Shown piece after piece: positions 31,834 through 44,700 of a stretch of 64,000 nucleotides of DNA (position 1 is the stretch's first letter; each line of letters starts with the position of its first letter). The DNA lies in assembly GCA_965644315.1 (NCBI GenBank), contig CBFFRQ010000076.1:1-64000 (forward strand), written 5' to 3'. A model generated the notes under the pieces. The model did no database searches and was not told the origin of the DNA. It saw nothing but the letters and a program-made list of their open reading frames with translations. The DNA is from Caecitellus pseudoparvulus (lineage: Eukaryota > Protista > Bigyra: Bicosoecida). The position numbers were made by a program, and so were the translations under genes.

Positions 31834-34366
31834 ATGAGTGCTCAGCGTTTTGCGCGCGAAGCGGCGCTGGCCAAGCTGAGCGAGGTGCGGAAATTGGTTG
31901 CGGCGTCGAGATCTTGCCGCCCCCATCAGGACGCGCACTGCTCTGGAACCACCCCTCCGCAGGCCATCGCGAGATGCGAATGGGACGTAGCAGAAAGCCT
32001 TGCTGGACAGGTCGCTGGAGAGGCTCGGCATGATCCGCTACGGGTGCTTCAGGTGAGACTCTGGCGCTCTTGCCCTCGCACAGTTCCAATGCAACTGTAC
32101 ACCGCCACTTGAGTTGCCCCTGCAGGCTGTGCTGCGCAGCGCAGGGGCCGATCTGGACAGATGCATGCGAGTCTTGCAACTCGCTGAGCTGTTGCTGAAG
32201 GTGGAGGGCAAGGCAGCGAGGCCAAAGCGCAAGTACACGCACCTGGTGCACATGCGTCACGAGTTCTTGGCCTGGTGTGCTGCGCACAGCTTCTTTGAAC
32301 AAGTCATGGCGGCGGGACAGGCCTGGATGCGGGAGGAAGTGCACCGGGGGGACGTGTATGTCCCTGCAGCAGTGTCCCATGCGGCATTTGCCTCTTGGCA
32401 GGCTGACTTCGGCACTTCTTTGGGCAGCACCTTGTTCTCCGCTCAAAGCCCAACGCCAAGGCAAGCCACAGAGCTGTGGCCGCCGGGAGCACCGACGTGG
32501 TTGCTGCCTGTTGCCGGGGAGAGTGGGCAGGCTGTGGTTGGTGCTCTGGGCGCCGGGCAGGACGACACACTTCCCCCGGCACATGTGTTGCGAGCGGCGT
32601 TTCCTCACGGCGCCTTGACGCCTTCCACAGCCCGAGCCAAGGTGCCAGGGGCCCACAGACTCGGCGAAGCAAGTGGCCTTCTGCTGGCATCAGTGCAGGG
32701 ACAGCTTGTAGAGCAGGAGGGGGGTGCCAGTGGCAGGGCAAGGAGCGGGCGCCACCCCGACACTTTTGCACCCTCAGGCCTGGCGAGCTTCCACACCCTG
32801 TGGTTGCTGGGCCAGTACAAGGATGCAGTGCTGGGCGCGGCAAGCCTGCTGCAGCGGTGCTGTGCTGCAGATGTGCCGGGCCACGCCGTGTCTGCTGTGC
32901 GGGGCACGCTGTTGTGCGAGGCACTACATGGGCTGAGTGTCGCGCTGCGGTGTGGGCTGGTGGCGCCACACGCGTGGGACGGCACACCAGACGCCGTAGA
33001 GGCGGTGAACGCCGCTCTGAGCCGAGCACAGCACAGGGCTCCACAAGCGTCGCTCACTGGTGCAGGGGCCATGCTGTCGCAGTCCAGCTGGGCGGCGTCA
33101 CAGTCTCAAGGGGTCACGCGGCGGCGCAAGTCACGGCGGGGCTTCGTGTCCACCCTCGACGGCAGCGACACGGACTCGACAGAGGACTTTTCCGATGCCA
33201 GTGCCGTGGACGACGGGGAGGACAGCCTGCTCAGCCACGGCACTGGCAGTGTCTCATCTGCAGGAGCGGCCAGCCATGCGTCGGACCTGGAGCAGTCCGA
33301 CCACCAGCCAGGGCTGCCATTCTCGCATGACGCAGACCGCAGTGCCTCCCCAACTGCAGACTCTGAGCTGGGGCATGGCGGTGTCGACGAGGGGCTCGCA
33401 CTGGCTGGGGCAGATGGCGGCAGTGTCGTGACGGGCAAGACGGCATTTACCGCCATGACTGGGACCACAGTCAGCCTGGCGTCAGCAGTGTCGCTGCGCA
33501 AGTCTGCAGCTGCGGTGGCGGAATGGTGCGGGGCCCCCCTTCCGCCCGTCGCGCAGCAGACACCCGAAGGCGAAGGTGGCGATGCAGTCACCCACTGCGT
33601 CTTGCTGCAGTCATTTGCGGCGTGCTTGGAGGCACCTGGCGCCTCGTCGCCCCTCAGCGGCAGCGTGCATGCTGCGTTCCGGTGCAACGGCGCGCTGCGC
33701 AGCGCCTTGCTCAGCACAATGCGCGAAGCAGGGCTGGCACGGGAGCCCCTTGGGCACTTTTGTGCTCGGGGCAGTCCCTGCGCCGTCGCCCACACCATGG
33801 CCAGCTGTGTCAGCCGGGCCGTGCTGGGCTTGCCCAAGGCTGCTGCCCTCGCCTCCCTGCAGTGTTGCCAGGAGGTGACGTGCTGTCCTTCCCACGAGGC
33901 AGAAGCGAGTCCTGCATTTGTGTACGAGCGCCTTGCGTTGATGGGGCCAGCGTGCGGCACAGAGGCTGTTCCATCTGCACTGCGTTTGCACGCGTTGCTC
34001 GCTGCGGGCCTGTCCCACGCAGGCCCCACGCGGGTGCTCCGCACGGTACTGCACGCTGCACAGACTATGACGGGCTCTCATGATGCACATGGGCTCTCTG
34101 TAGCCCTTGAAGCCCATGCTGCAGTGTGCCTGACCTTTGCAGCGGCGGCATCCGCGTTGCGGCAGCAGGCAGCGTCGCAAACAGGATTGCGGCAGCATGC
34201 GCTGGAGGCATGCATTTGCATTGTTCAAGCATGCATGTCTCCGCAGCTGTGGCGCGACTTGCCTGTGGAGGCTGTGGAGGCTGTGCTGTCGAAAGAGGGT
34301 AGGGCACTCGTGCGCGCGTGCAAGACGCAAGTTTGCATCATTCACGGAACGCAAGAATTGAGATGA
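31834..34366 (+). CDS. hypothetical protein (two short 5' introns inferred)
   Basis: 750-codon ORF plus upstream exons bounded by GTGCGG/GTGAGA donors and CAG acceptors; no recognised domain. Confidence 0.55.
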
Positions 34367-34956
34367 ATCCACCTGATCGCCTTCCAGAGTGCTGGTGGCT
34401 TATCCAGCACTTTTCAGCACCAAGCAACCGATTACTTACTGCATCACTGGCCCTGAGGGTTTTGCACGTGCGTTCTGTGTCTTGTCGTGTTGCTGTTTGT
34501 GGGGTGGCAGGTGTGGGCAGGGCGATATTAGCCGGGGGATGGGCGTGCACCGCTACATGGCCGGTCAGCTCGCGCACACAGCTTGCCTTTGGCGAACGGC
34601 AGCTGCGTGAGCTGAGTGCCCCTCGTGTGCGGTTTCCACTGCACAGGCGTGGGAGGCTTCAGTACGCGGCTGAATGCTGGCGTGGGCTGCGGAACTTGCT
34701 CCCCCCCGCTGCTGCCATTGCCTGCCCTGGCCTGGAGCATGCATGAGGGCCTGTTTGCCTCGTGCAGCTGGGACCCGTGTCTTGCCCCCCCCTCCGTGCT
34801 GTCATGTTCATGTGCCGCCGGCCAGTGCCCTGCTGCCTGCGCAACTGGTTTGCCACGTTCGCCGTCCAACTTCCGCTCCCATCACCTGCGCTGCACGAAA
34901 GCCCCTCCCACCTCGCCCCTGCAGGTTGTCTGCATCACACCCCCATCCGTGACACC

Positions 34957-35358
34957 ATGGCTGACTTCACCGTGCGCACTCGCAAGTTCATGCGCAACGC
35001 CGTGTGCGGGCGCCGCCAGATGGTCGTGGATGTGCTGCACCCTGGTGTGGCCACCATCTCCAAGCAGGCCATCAAGAAGGCCCTGGTCGACATGTACTCT
35101 GCCAACTCCGACCTGGTGTTCACCTTCGGTTTCCGCACTGGCTTCGGTGGCGACAAGACCACTGGCTTCGCCTACGTCTACGACACCGAGGAGGCTGCCA
35201 AGAAGATGGAGCCCCGCCACCGCCTGATCGCTCTGGGCTGGGCTGAGGCACGCACCCGCAAGCGCGGTGCCTGGAAGGACGCCAAGAAGAAGATCAAGTC
35301 CACCTGGGGTACCGGCCGCCGTGCCGCTGCCCGCAAGGCCAAGCGCGCTGCCATGTAA
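34957..35358 (+). CDS. RPS24: 40S ribosomal protein eS24
   Basis: TVRTRKFMRN..RRQMVVDVLHPG, FGFRTGFGGDKTTGFA, KKMEPRHRL; strong codon bias. Confidence 0.97.
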   Translation: MADFTVRTRKFMRNAVCGRRQMVVDVLHPGVATISKQAIKKALVDMYSANSDLVFTFGFRTGFGGDKTTGFAYVYDTEEAAKKMEPRHRLIALGWAEARTRKRGAWKDAKKKIKSTWGTGRRAAARKAKRAAM

Positions 35359-35542
35359 ATGTCTTTGCCGCTTCGCTGGGTTGCCCTGCCCCGGCAGGGT
35401 GTGGTGGAGGTTGCGCTGGTCAGCTTGGCAGGGCCTCTCTCTTGGTGGTTGTGGTCTCGTTCAGGTTGGCTTTCTCACAGCTGGCAGGGGGGCTGGAATC
35501 AGATCCAGGCCGTTGCTGGTGTCGTGTGGCTGGGCGTAGTCA

Positions 35543-38500
35543 ATGCACCCGGGCACACATTCTTGCGCTTGCACCACATCCCACTCCTTCGACTGCCGTT
35601 GGCCAGCATGCTGCTGCTTGGCCTTCAGTGCAAGCTGGCCGCTGCGTCTCGCCTGCACCAGCTCACACTGGCTGCGCACAGCAGCTGCTTCACGAGGCAA
35701 AGCGCGGCAACCTTCGCCACTCACGGCTTGCCCTAGGAGCCATTATATCACCGAGAAGCTCCGCCTCGCGTATTTATCTTGGCCCCTGACGAAGCACCGT
35801 GCTTCACGTGACAGTCACGATGCCGAGTGCCACGCGAAACGCCCAGCCCACACAAGCCAAGCGTGCGTTCCGCAGCGCCTGTTGAGGGACACCACAAGCG
35901 AACACAGCCTTCCACGAACCTCCCCATGTGCAGAGTTGCTGAGGAGTTTCGCGTCGTCTGGCAGCTCTAGGCCGCCCCTCGCGGAGGCTCGGCACAGCAA
36001 TGGTAACGGCAGCACGGCAGAGGCAGGAGTCGCGGCCAAGCAGCCCCAACGCCGCCGAGCCCAGCGCAGCAGCCCACCACCAGCACAGCAACTCCTGGCA
36101 CAAGCCCGGGCGCTTAAGCGCCGGTTCGACGCAGCCCTGGCCGCTTCGCAGTCTCTGGCGCCGCCTCCACAGGCGTCGCCGGAGCAAGACCCAGCGCCTC
36201 GTCACACCGGGCAGAGCAGCACGGCTGCCTCCCCAGCACTGCCCACACCCCCTCCTCCACGCCCGCCTGCCCCAGCTCGAGGGCGGCGCAAGGCCTCACG
36301 CAAACTATCGCAGGCCAAGCGCCCTGCCAAGCCGTCTCCAGTCGCCACGGCGGCCAAACAGGGCACCCTTCCGCCGCTGCCCGCCATCCACGCAACGCTG
36401 TACACTTCAGCAAGGCATGTGCTGACCGGCACTGCCTCGGAACCTGCGACCACGCAGTCCACCACGGCGGCAAGCAGCCCCCACCGCCAAGCCACAGTGC
36501 CCGCTGGCAGCGGACCTGCCACAGCTCATGCGGCAGCCTCCCCAGCGGCAGTCACCCGACGCACGGCTTCACAGGGCGCTTCCTCTGCAGAGGATGCGGT
36601 GCAGGCTGCTGTGCAGCAGCTCAAGGCCGACATGCAAGGCATGGTAGCGCAGGCTGTGGCGGCGGCGATGGGCGAGCCCGCGACAGCTCTCCCCACCTCT
36701 GCCACTGCCATCCCCAGACAGCGTGCGGTTGATGCAGGGCGCCACGCTCGGCAAGCCCCTGCACCCTCGGTGCTGAGCGCTGGCAGCAGCGAGGAAGACG
36801 AGTGTGCCAGCGTGCGCTCGGGAGTGTCGGATCTGAGCAGGGTGTGGCTGGGCAGTGACAGCTCCAGCAGTGGCGCGTCAGAGGCAGGGTGCACTGACGC
36901 TGCCGATGCAGAGGGGGGTGAGGGTGCTGTGCAGCCGGCAAGCCCAGGTCAGGGCGCCGGCTCAGAGACAGGCTCCACGGCCACTCGATTCGGCACCGCT
37001 GGCTGGCGCGGGGGTCTCGAGTCACAGGTGCGATCAGCGCTGCGGCGGTGTGGCGCCACTGCCGCCGCGGCCTCTGCACGCGAGGCGCTGTCCGCAACAA
37101 GCACTGCCTGGCTGGAGGTGTCAAGTCTGGCGGGAGATGCGCCTGATGATGATGATGATGGGGTGCGTGGTACGTCCCCTGCCCGCTCACTGCTAGACGC
37201 TGCCCGAGGCATGCGGCGGTCCCCTCGCCGGGCCTCGGAGGGAGACGTCAGCGACGCAGGCAGTGACTCGGGCACAGTCGCCCTGGGTGCCGCTGGTGCG
37301 TGGGACAGCGCGTCAGTCGGGACGCACCGCTCTGCTCTGTCTACGGCGGCGGAGGTGGCTCCCGCAATGCTGGCGCGACACCACGCAGCCGTGCAGCGGG
37401 CAGTGCAGGCTGTGCAGGCTCGGCAGTACAGGGAAGGCGCCTTGAAAGCCTCAGAACCTGTGACTGCGCCAGCTGCCCGAGAGGAGCAGGCAGACTCACC
37501 CCCCAAGACACCGGAGCGAGGCGCTCCTGCTGCCTCCGCTGGCTCGGCCACACCATCCCCTGTGCGTGCACTTGACCATGGCAGTGACAGCGACGAGGAC
37601 TCGGCTGTGGCCAGCCTGGCAGAGCGTGTGTCTCGGCTGTGGGCGCTGTCAGGCGCGGCTGATCGCCAACAAGGCACACAGGCTGACTCAAGTGCCCCGC
37701 CCAGCGGCCCGGACCACACGCCGCTCGCAGCGCCCCCTCGCGAAACGCCCATGTCCAGCGGCACAGTCATCACCCCTGTGTCTGAGCTGACGCCGTCCGG
37801 CACGCCTCGGGCTGGCTCGCCCCAGAGCGATGCCCGGCAGCCGTCAGCTGCCTTCCTCGCGGCACGGTCCCTGGCAGCTGCCCTGCAGGCGGAGGTGGAG
37901 GGGTGTGTGACACAGGCAGCTGCCCTGCTGCCCACAGCAGCGCAGCACACTGCCCTCATGGAGCGCGCCAATCGCCTGCTTGCGGCGGCAAGGGGGGAAG
38001 GCGGGAGGGGTGTCGCACCCCCCCCGACACCCCCTCGTCCAGCCTCCACGCGCACTGCCACAGCAGACATTGTGGCCCCGCCCCCACCAAGCAGCCCCCC
38101 TCCACGCCCCTCCGCGCCCCCCCCAGACACGGAGCTTGCAGGGCCAGTAGACCACAACCCCTTTCCCATTCTGCACCAGGTGCAAGTGTGGCCAGACAGG
38201 GGTTGGGTGCGGGATGAACCAGTTGCACTGCCTGTCTCACATGCCCCGCCGACACAGGATGCGGTGCCCGAGGACGAGGATGCTCTGTCCTTGGTCAGCT
38301 GGCTGAACGAAGGAGGGCCACCAGGGCCCCATGGCCCCCCTGCACCCGAGCAAGGGCCAAGGGAGCGCCCACCCTCTCACTGGCATGTGCAGGCCCCCAG
38401 GCAAGTTGCAGCGTGGGAGGCACCCGCCCCAGTGCCGTTGGCGCGGCAGCCACCGCCACCTTTCCTGGAAGCAGGCCCAGAAGTTGTCCTGTCAGCGCCG

Positions 38501-38788
38501 TCACGAAGGCTCCATGAGCAGGGGGCCAAGGCAAGGCGTGTGGCGAGGCGCAACGGTCCTCGGCGTGTGGCGAGGCGAGGCCCTGGTCGGTCTGGCCCGG
38601 CACCCCCCTCTTCCGTTGCCGGGGGCTCGTGGACAAGCTTGGCCCACCGGCCAGTGAGCGAAGTGAGCACCGAGGAGTTGTTGGCCATGTCCAAGGCCAG
38701 CGCGTCGCGTCTGGCCGGTGCGAGGCCGCGCGCACCGAAGCCGCGTGCCGCACGCAGCCATGCGCCACACCGGCACTGGAAATACTGA
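35543..38788 (+). CDS. hypothetical low-complexity Ala/Pro/Ser-rich protein (start uncertain)
   Basis: 1081-codon ORF, disordered composition, short coiled-coil-like segments. Confidence 0.5.
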   Translation: MHPGTHSCACTTSHSFDCRWPACCCLAFSASWPLRLACTSSHWLRTAAASRGKARQPSPLTACPRSHYITEKLRLAYLSWPLTKHRASRDSHDAECHAKRPAHTSQACVPQRLLRDTTSEHSLPRTSPCAELLRSFASSGSSRPPLAEARHSNGNGSTAEAGVAAKQPQRRRAQRSSPPPAQQLLAQARALKRRFDAALAASQSLAPPPQASPEQDPAPRHTGQSSTAASPALPTPPPPRPPAPARGRRKASRKLSQAKRPAKPSPVATAAKQGTLPPLPAIHATLYTSARHVLTGTASEPATTQSTTAASSPHRQATVPAGSGPATAHAAASPAAVTRRTASQGASSAEDAVQAAVQQLKADMQGMVAQAVAAAMGEPATALPTSATAIPRQRAVDAGRHARQAPAPSVLSAGSSEEDECASVRSGVSDLSRVWLGSDSSSSGASEAGCTDAADAEGGEGAVQPASPGQGAGSETGSTATRFGTAGWRGGLESQVRSALRRCGATAAAASAREALSATSTAWLEVSSLAGDAPDDDDDGVRGTSPARSLLDAARGMRRSPRRASEGDVSDAGSDSGTVALGAAGAWDSASVGTHRSALSTAAEVAPAMLARHHAAVQRAVQAVQARQYREGALKASEPVTAPAAREEQADSPPKTPERGAPAASAGSATPSPVRALDHGSDSDEDSAVASLAERVSRLWALSGAADRQQGTQADSSAPPSGPDHTPLAAPPRETPMSSGTVITPVSELTPSGTPRAGSPQSDARQPSAAFLAARSLAAALQAEVEGCVTQAAALLPTAAQHTALMERANRLLAAARGEGGRGVAPPPTPPRPASTRTATADIVAPPPPSSPPPRPSAPPPDTELAGPVDHNPFPILHQVQVWPDRGWVRDEPVALPVSHAPPTQDAVPEDEDALSLVSWLNEGGPPGPHGPPAPEQGPRERPPSHWHVQAPRQVAAWEAPAPVPLARQPPPPFLEAGPEVVLSAPSRRLHEQGAKARRVARRNGPRRVARRGPGRSGPAPPSSVAGGSWTSLAHRPVSEVSTEELLAMSKASASRLAGARPRAPKPRAARSHAPHRHWKY

Positions 38789-38918
38789 AGCAGCTCGGCG
38801 CAACGGGGGGGCGACGCTAATTTCCTCGCACGCCCATGTGCCGCAGGGCATGTTGCAATGTATTTTCTCCCAGTGGGGTGTCGTAGCCCAGAACCGCGCT
38901 GCAGTGGGAACGAGCACC

Positions 38919-41269
38919 ATGCAAGTGTCTGGCCCGAACCCGAGCGCTGTGAGCCAGCTCGCAGACTCCGCGCCGAATGGCGCGTCTGCCTCCAGCGCTA
39001 TCAGAACAGTGTACGATCCGACAGGAAAGATCCAGGTCACGGGGCGTTTCTTGCGGCGTGGCGCTATTCGCCCGCTTGTGTCGGTGCGTGTGTGGCGTTT
39101 CATTGGAGGACCGGGATGAAACGCAAGCGTCCGTTATGTCGCGTCACGGGCACTGCGCCCTCTCCCGAGGCACAGACGGACAAGCCTCGTAGACCTAAAA
39201 CAGCCATTCAGCTGTTCGCGTTGAAGTTCCAGGGCAGGGCCAAGGCCATCGTGGCGAAGCAGCTGAAGGGCACGGTGAGGGTGGTGCACGACGCCGACAA
39301 GGCTCGCATGATGCAGGCAGTGCTGGTCAAGATGTGGAAGGCCATGACCCCCAAACAACAGGCCCCGTACACGGAGGCAGCAGAGGCGGCTTTCCAGCGG
39401 TACAAGGAGGTGTGTGAGCACTGGGTCCCGCCTGACAAGCGGCCGTTCCTGGATTCGACGGGTCGAATCTACGACCCCCGAGCCCCCCGCCGGCCTAAGT
39501 CTGCGTACAGCATCTTCTTGGAACAGTTCAGGGCGAGGTACGAGAAGGAGACTGGGACGGGGCCCATCTCCTTCCCTGAGGTGGCCATGGCGGCGCAGAA
39601 GGCGTGGCAGTCCCTGGCACCGGTGGAGATGCTGCCGTTCAAGACGCAGGCCAAGGCGGAACGGGAGGAGTACGAGGCGCGCATGGCTGGGTACGTCCCG
39701 CCCACCGTGCAGGAGGTGCTGGACCTGAACCCCTTGTGGGACGAGAACTGGAAGGCGCTGGGGCGTGCCGTGCAGGCGAACGCCGGGCTGCCGCTGGACG
39801 AGGGGCAGTCAGGCCGGAAGCTGGCCCTGCAAGCCAAGGCCTCCACACAGAGCCAGCGCCAGGCCAAGGCCAAGCAGCGCAAGCGGCAGGGTGGCGTGGA
39901 CGACGGCGACGGCAGCGGCAGCGAAGCCGGCTCCTCCAGGCAGCGCCGGCCCAAGCGCAAGACGACGTCCAAGGCACGGGCGAAGAGTCGGAAGGAGGCG
40001 GCGGCAGAGGCACTCAAGCTGCCTGCGCCCCTGCCTGGCATTGGCGTGCCGTCAGAGATCGGGCCGTGGATGGACCAGTACGGCATCGTGCACGACCCTG
40101 CTGCGCCGGCGCCACCACAGGACGCTCAGGCGCACTTCGCCAAGGCTGCGCTGGCTGAGATGAACGCTTCGGGGGATGGGGGGGAGGCTGCTGCGCGGGT
40201 CATGGCGGAGTTCTGGGCCAGCATGTCTGCACAGGAGAAGGAGCCGTTCGTGGACATGGAGCGCCAGGATGCGGACAGGTACGAGCGGGAGCTGACCAGC
40301 TACACCCCCCCCGACCCCACCAGTAACCCTGTGTGGGCGGCGTACCTGGATGCGCTGTTCGTGCGCGGCATTACGCCTGGTGAGGGTGCTCGGGCGGCGG
40401 AGGCCAAGTATGGCGTGGCGAAGGCAGTGCAAGCGGAGACGGCGCCTGGTGGGGAGGATGGGGAGGATGAGGAGGAGGACCCCCTGGCTGCCGCCGCTCG
40501 GGCCATGGTGGCGGCCACAGGGTTCGGCATCCACTCCACATCGTACCTGGCTGCTCCAAGCAGGGGCAGCGGCAGCTCAGCGGCCAGCCAGCCCCCCACG
40601 TCCAGTGAGGACAAGGCCCTGCTGCGGGAATGGAAGCGCGCACTGGCCCAGCGGGTCAAGGCGAAGAAGGCAGAGCTTGCCAAGCCCAAGGCCCCCACCA
40701 AGCCGCGCTCTGCATTTGCCGTGTTCATGGGCAAGGTGAAGGAGGGAGTGCGTGCGGCGTTTGCCGAGATGGGCGAGGGGGAGCCGAGCAAGGAGGAGGT
40801 GGCGGCAGAGATCAAGGACATGTGGGAACAGCTGGACGAGGAGGACAAGAATGTGTACCAGGTGCTGTACCGCCAGATGGCGTCGGACTACACGGCCATG
40901 CAGAGTCAGTACAAGGCCAGCCTGGCGACATGGGCCCGCCTGAACGAGGAGTGGGCGGAGAAGTACGGCAGCCTGCCAGTGGACAAGGCGCTGGCGCAGG
41001 AGATGATTGTGGAGTGGAACAATGTCGACAAGGCCGTGCCTGCCAGTGTCCTGGCGAAGTTCGCCGCGGACGGGGAGCTGGCGCACTTTGCCCTGGGCGG
41101 GGAGGGGGGCGCACAGCCCCCCCTCACCAGTGCCGACGAGGCGGCAGCTGCTATGACTGGCATGGCAGCGGGCACCGGGGGTGGGGGAGGGGGCGGTCGG
41201 GGCACCAAGCGCCGGCAGGGCGGCAGTGTGCCCATGTTGCCGCCCAAGAAGGCTAGGCGCCGGGTTTGA
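38919..41269 (+). CDS. protein with four HMG-box domains; probable intron 39084-39175
   Basis: KPRRPKTAIQLF..WKAMTPKQQAPY; DPRAPRRPKSAYSIF..WQSLAPVEMLPF; DPAAPAPPQDA..WASMSAQEKEPF; PKAPTKPRSAFAVF..WEQLDEEDKNVY; NLS PPKKARRRV. Confidence 0.88.
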
Positions 41270-41700
41270 GGGCCGTGGCTGGCTGCACACAGACTTGCAC
41301 GCACGAGCAGGGAAGATGGGCGCAGTGGTGTCCAAGGCTTGTTGCACTGCAATGCAATCACGCGTTTTGCAGGCGTTCCACTGGTCTTAGAGCAGTGTGT
41401 ACCCGGCCCGCGATGTCAAGGAGCGCGACAGTGACGCAGGTCAGAGGAGTGCTGGGCGGGAATTCATTTTCCGCAAGCCTCACAAACACGCACTGGTCGA
41501 TGCCAAATCTTTTTGAGCGCTCCATTTCCTTCGACTCGAGCTGTGTGAAGTGAGCGGTCGCGCTTGCAGCGTGTTTTGCTCAGGCTTTGTGTCCAATTTC
41601 CGCATTTCGCCTGCAGCGCTTGCTGTGCCCTGTTGTCCAAGCTCTGTGGCCGTAGGTCGCGTGCGCTCCTGTTCTTTGGGAGGCGAACTTCGGAATCGAT

Positions 41701-44700
41701 ATGGCAGGGCGCTCCATTGGCGTGAAGCCCCGTGCAGCAGCGGTGTTGTGGCCGTCCAGTCTGTTCAGGGCCACTGCGAGCAACGTGAGGCTGGTCCCAG
41801 TCCGCCACTTGGCCGTGGGCCGGGCGCCCCCGCCTTCCCAGCCCGCCACACATGCGCCAACTCAACAATCGCGAGCGAGTCCAGCCCGGAGTGGCCTGAC
41901 TGAGAGCTTGAACGCGGGCTTGGCCACAGTGCACCATCCGTTGAACGCTCTGCCAAAGCATCTTCGCGGGCTGACGCGTCAAGCCGCCACCAGTGCACTG
42001 GCCGAGCTGGCCAGTCCTGCCCCTGGATCACGGTCCCTTGCTCCTCTCGACGCCCTGGCTGGTGTGCGTCTCCTGTGTGCCGCAGCCAAGCCGCTCAAGA
42101 TCCCGCAGCCTGCCCAGGCTTCTTTCTTGGCCCAAGCACACAAGGCACTCCATGCAGCCAGCCCAGGCTGCAGTGGTGGGGAGTTGGATACATGGGGGTT
42201 GTTTCTAGCGGCAAGCACGAGGCTGCACGCTGCTGCACCCCCTCCCCTGCCCCTGCTGCAAGCTGCCGAGCGGCGAGCTGCTGCGTCTGGCGGGGACATG
42301 CCGCCCGTCGCTGCTGCAGGGTGGTTGCTGGCAGGGAGGGGGGTTGGACTGGACACACCTGCCTTGCGTGAGGTGTGTGGCCGTGGCCCTGTCGACCCCG
42401 CTGCGGCGCTCGTGCAGGCTCAAGGGCTTGTGGCGGGGCGCTCGGGGACCTCTGAACTGAGCACAGTTGTGAATGTTGCTGTGCGGAAAGCAGCCGGGCC
42501 GAGGCATCGGCGGTGGCGCCCCGTGGTGTCAGCACTGCACAAGGCAGGCGCACTGGACGTGGGCCAGGTGCGAGGCTTGCTCCAGGCGGCCTTGCCTGGC
42601 ATGTCCTTTGGAACGGCTGGGTCGGTTTGCGCCTCCGATGCACTAGGCAGTGACGGCGAGTGGCTGGCACAGCTGTGCCTCATGGCAGTGTCCCTGGACC
42701 ACGTGCCTCGTGAGGCACTGGCGAGGCTGACAACTGCGCTGGCAGGCTGCCGCGAGGTGGCACCCCCGACTTACACGAGGCGCGAACACCTCAGCAGCAC
42801 CCTCCTCCGCCTGCACAGTGCCGCTGCCCTGCAGCCAGAGCTGCACACGCCCGTGCTGCCAGACTCGTTGAAGCGTGCTTGCTTGGAGCAGCGACAGACA
42901 GGTAAGCCGTCAGCCTTGCAAGCCGCCGTGGGCGTGGCCCTGGCCAGGGCAGGGGCGGCGCCTTGGCAAGCTGAGGCGTGCCTGCCATGTGGCGAGTCGA
43001 TTGACTACCTGTGGCCAGCGCAGGGCGTGGCCTTGGAAGTGGATGGGCCCAGTCACTTCACACCAGAGGGCTCAGCCACCCCTGCCACGCGCCTGAAACG
43101 CAGCATTCTGCAGGCACAGGGCCTGCAGGTGGTCAGCTTGCCATTCTCACAGTGGCCAAGCAAGGGCGACACGCTGGCCAGCAGCGCCCTCCTGCGGCAG
43201 GTGTTGCCGCCCTCTGTTCTCACCACTTCGCAAGCTCGGACGCTACACACCAGTGCGACCGCATGGGCTGGTCGACGTCGGCGGGGCGGTCGCGGCGTCG
43301 CGCCAGGCGACCTCATCATCGACGTGCCTGCCTCGGCGCCAAAGGGGCAGTCGACGAGGAGCCGAGTCGAGTCTGGGGCAGATGCGGCAGGTGGCGAGGA
43401 AGAGGTGCTGGGCCGCTTGGCTGGGCAGGAGGAGGCAGCTGACGCGGAGTTGCGGCAGTTGATGCAGCAGCTGGGCGCAGCGGACCGCCACGGCATGCGC
43501 GGAGCAGAGGAGGCACCCCGCGCCCCCCAAGACTCCAGCCCAGACCCAGGACAGTTGCTGGAAGCACAGGCTCTGCTGGACCGTGTGGGCGGCGTGGAGG
43601 GGCTACAGGACACTATGCAGGACCTATTTGCGGAGGAGCTGGGCGCAGACAGCTCCTTGCAGGAGCAAGTGCTGGGGCGGCAGGACACCATCCTGACTGA
43701 ACCCACGGCGCCTGGCGAGGCACAAGCCCGGGCAGCGGCTCGGGAGCGCGGGGAGGCGGTGCAGGCCACCACCCTGGCTGAGGGCTTTGACCCACTCAGC
43801 GACGCCTTCGGCAAGTTCAGCCCCAGCCAGGAACGGGAACTGAACCGCCTGCGAGCGCTGGAAGCTGGCGCTCAGGCAGAGGGCGTCACCTTGACGCAGC
43901 AGCTGCTGGAAGAGGGCGATGCCGACGGGCGTCTGACCCAGCTGACGCTGAAGGGCATGCAACTCCTGGGGCTGAAGCCAGACGACGCCTTTGAGCACGA
44001 GGAGGTGGAAGCGCTGCTGGGGTACAACGTAGGCGCAGATGGGAAGCAGTTGCCGCCGAGGGCAAGGCGCAAGCGGTACCGCCGAGGCACGGAGCGTGCG
44101 CAGAGCCCCAATGCGGCTGCTGCAGCGGCGGGGAAGGGGCTGACCGCAGACCAGGCCCTGGCTGCTGCCGAGGATGACACAGACCTGCGCAAGTGGGTGG
44201 AGGAGGTGACGGGTGAGTCCCTGGAGGAGGGGCAGCAGGGGCGTGATGATGTCGTGCTGCACAGCAAGCTGACCCCCCACGAGGCCGCTGCAGCGGCAGC
44301 CATCAAGCGGCACTTGGCCGAAGAGGGTCTCACCGCCGAAGAACGGGCCGAGGCAGCGCTGCTGGCAGAGCAGCGAGCGCAGGCGATGGCGGAGGCGGGG
44401 GGGGGCTCTTCTGCTGCGTTTCGTGAGAGCATGGAGCGAGGAGCCGCCCAGGCCTCGGTCTCAGCCGACGCTGCAGTGCAGTGGGGACAGTCCATGCTGT
44501 CTGCCAGTCAGCAGGCGGTGGCAGGGGAGCTAGCTGACGGCTTATCATCCGCGCTACTGGGAGGTGGGCAGCAGGCGGAGCTCGAGGCAGGCAACTCGCC
44601 CCTGCCTGCTCTTGCGGGATCCGCCGACGCCAGCCACAGCGGGGGCGATGCACAGGCCATGCTGGAGCTGATCGAAGCTGCGGCTGAGGCGGCTGCGGTG

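Noticed and set aside
34370-34950. snoRNA or other ncRNA upstream of RPS24
   Set aside because: A probable 5' UTR intron acceptor is present near 34924, but I found no clean C/D or H/ACA boxes and no tRNA fold
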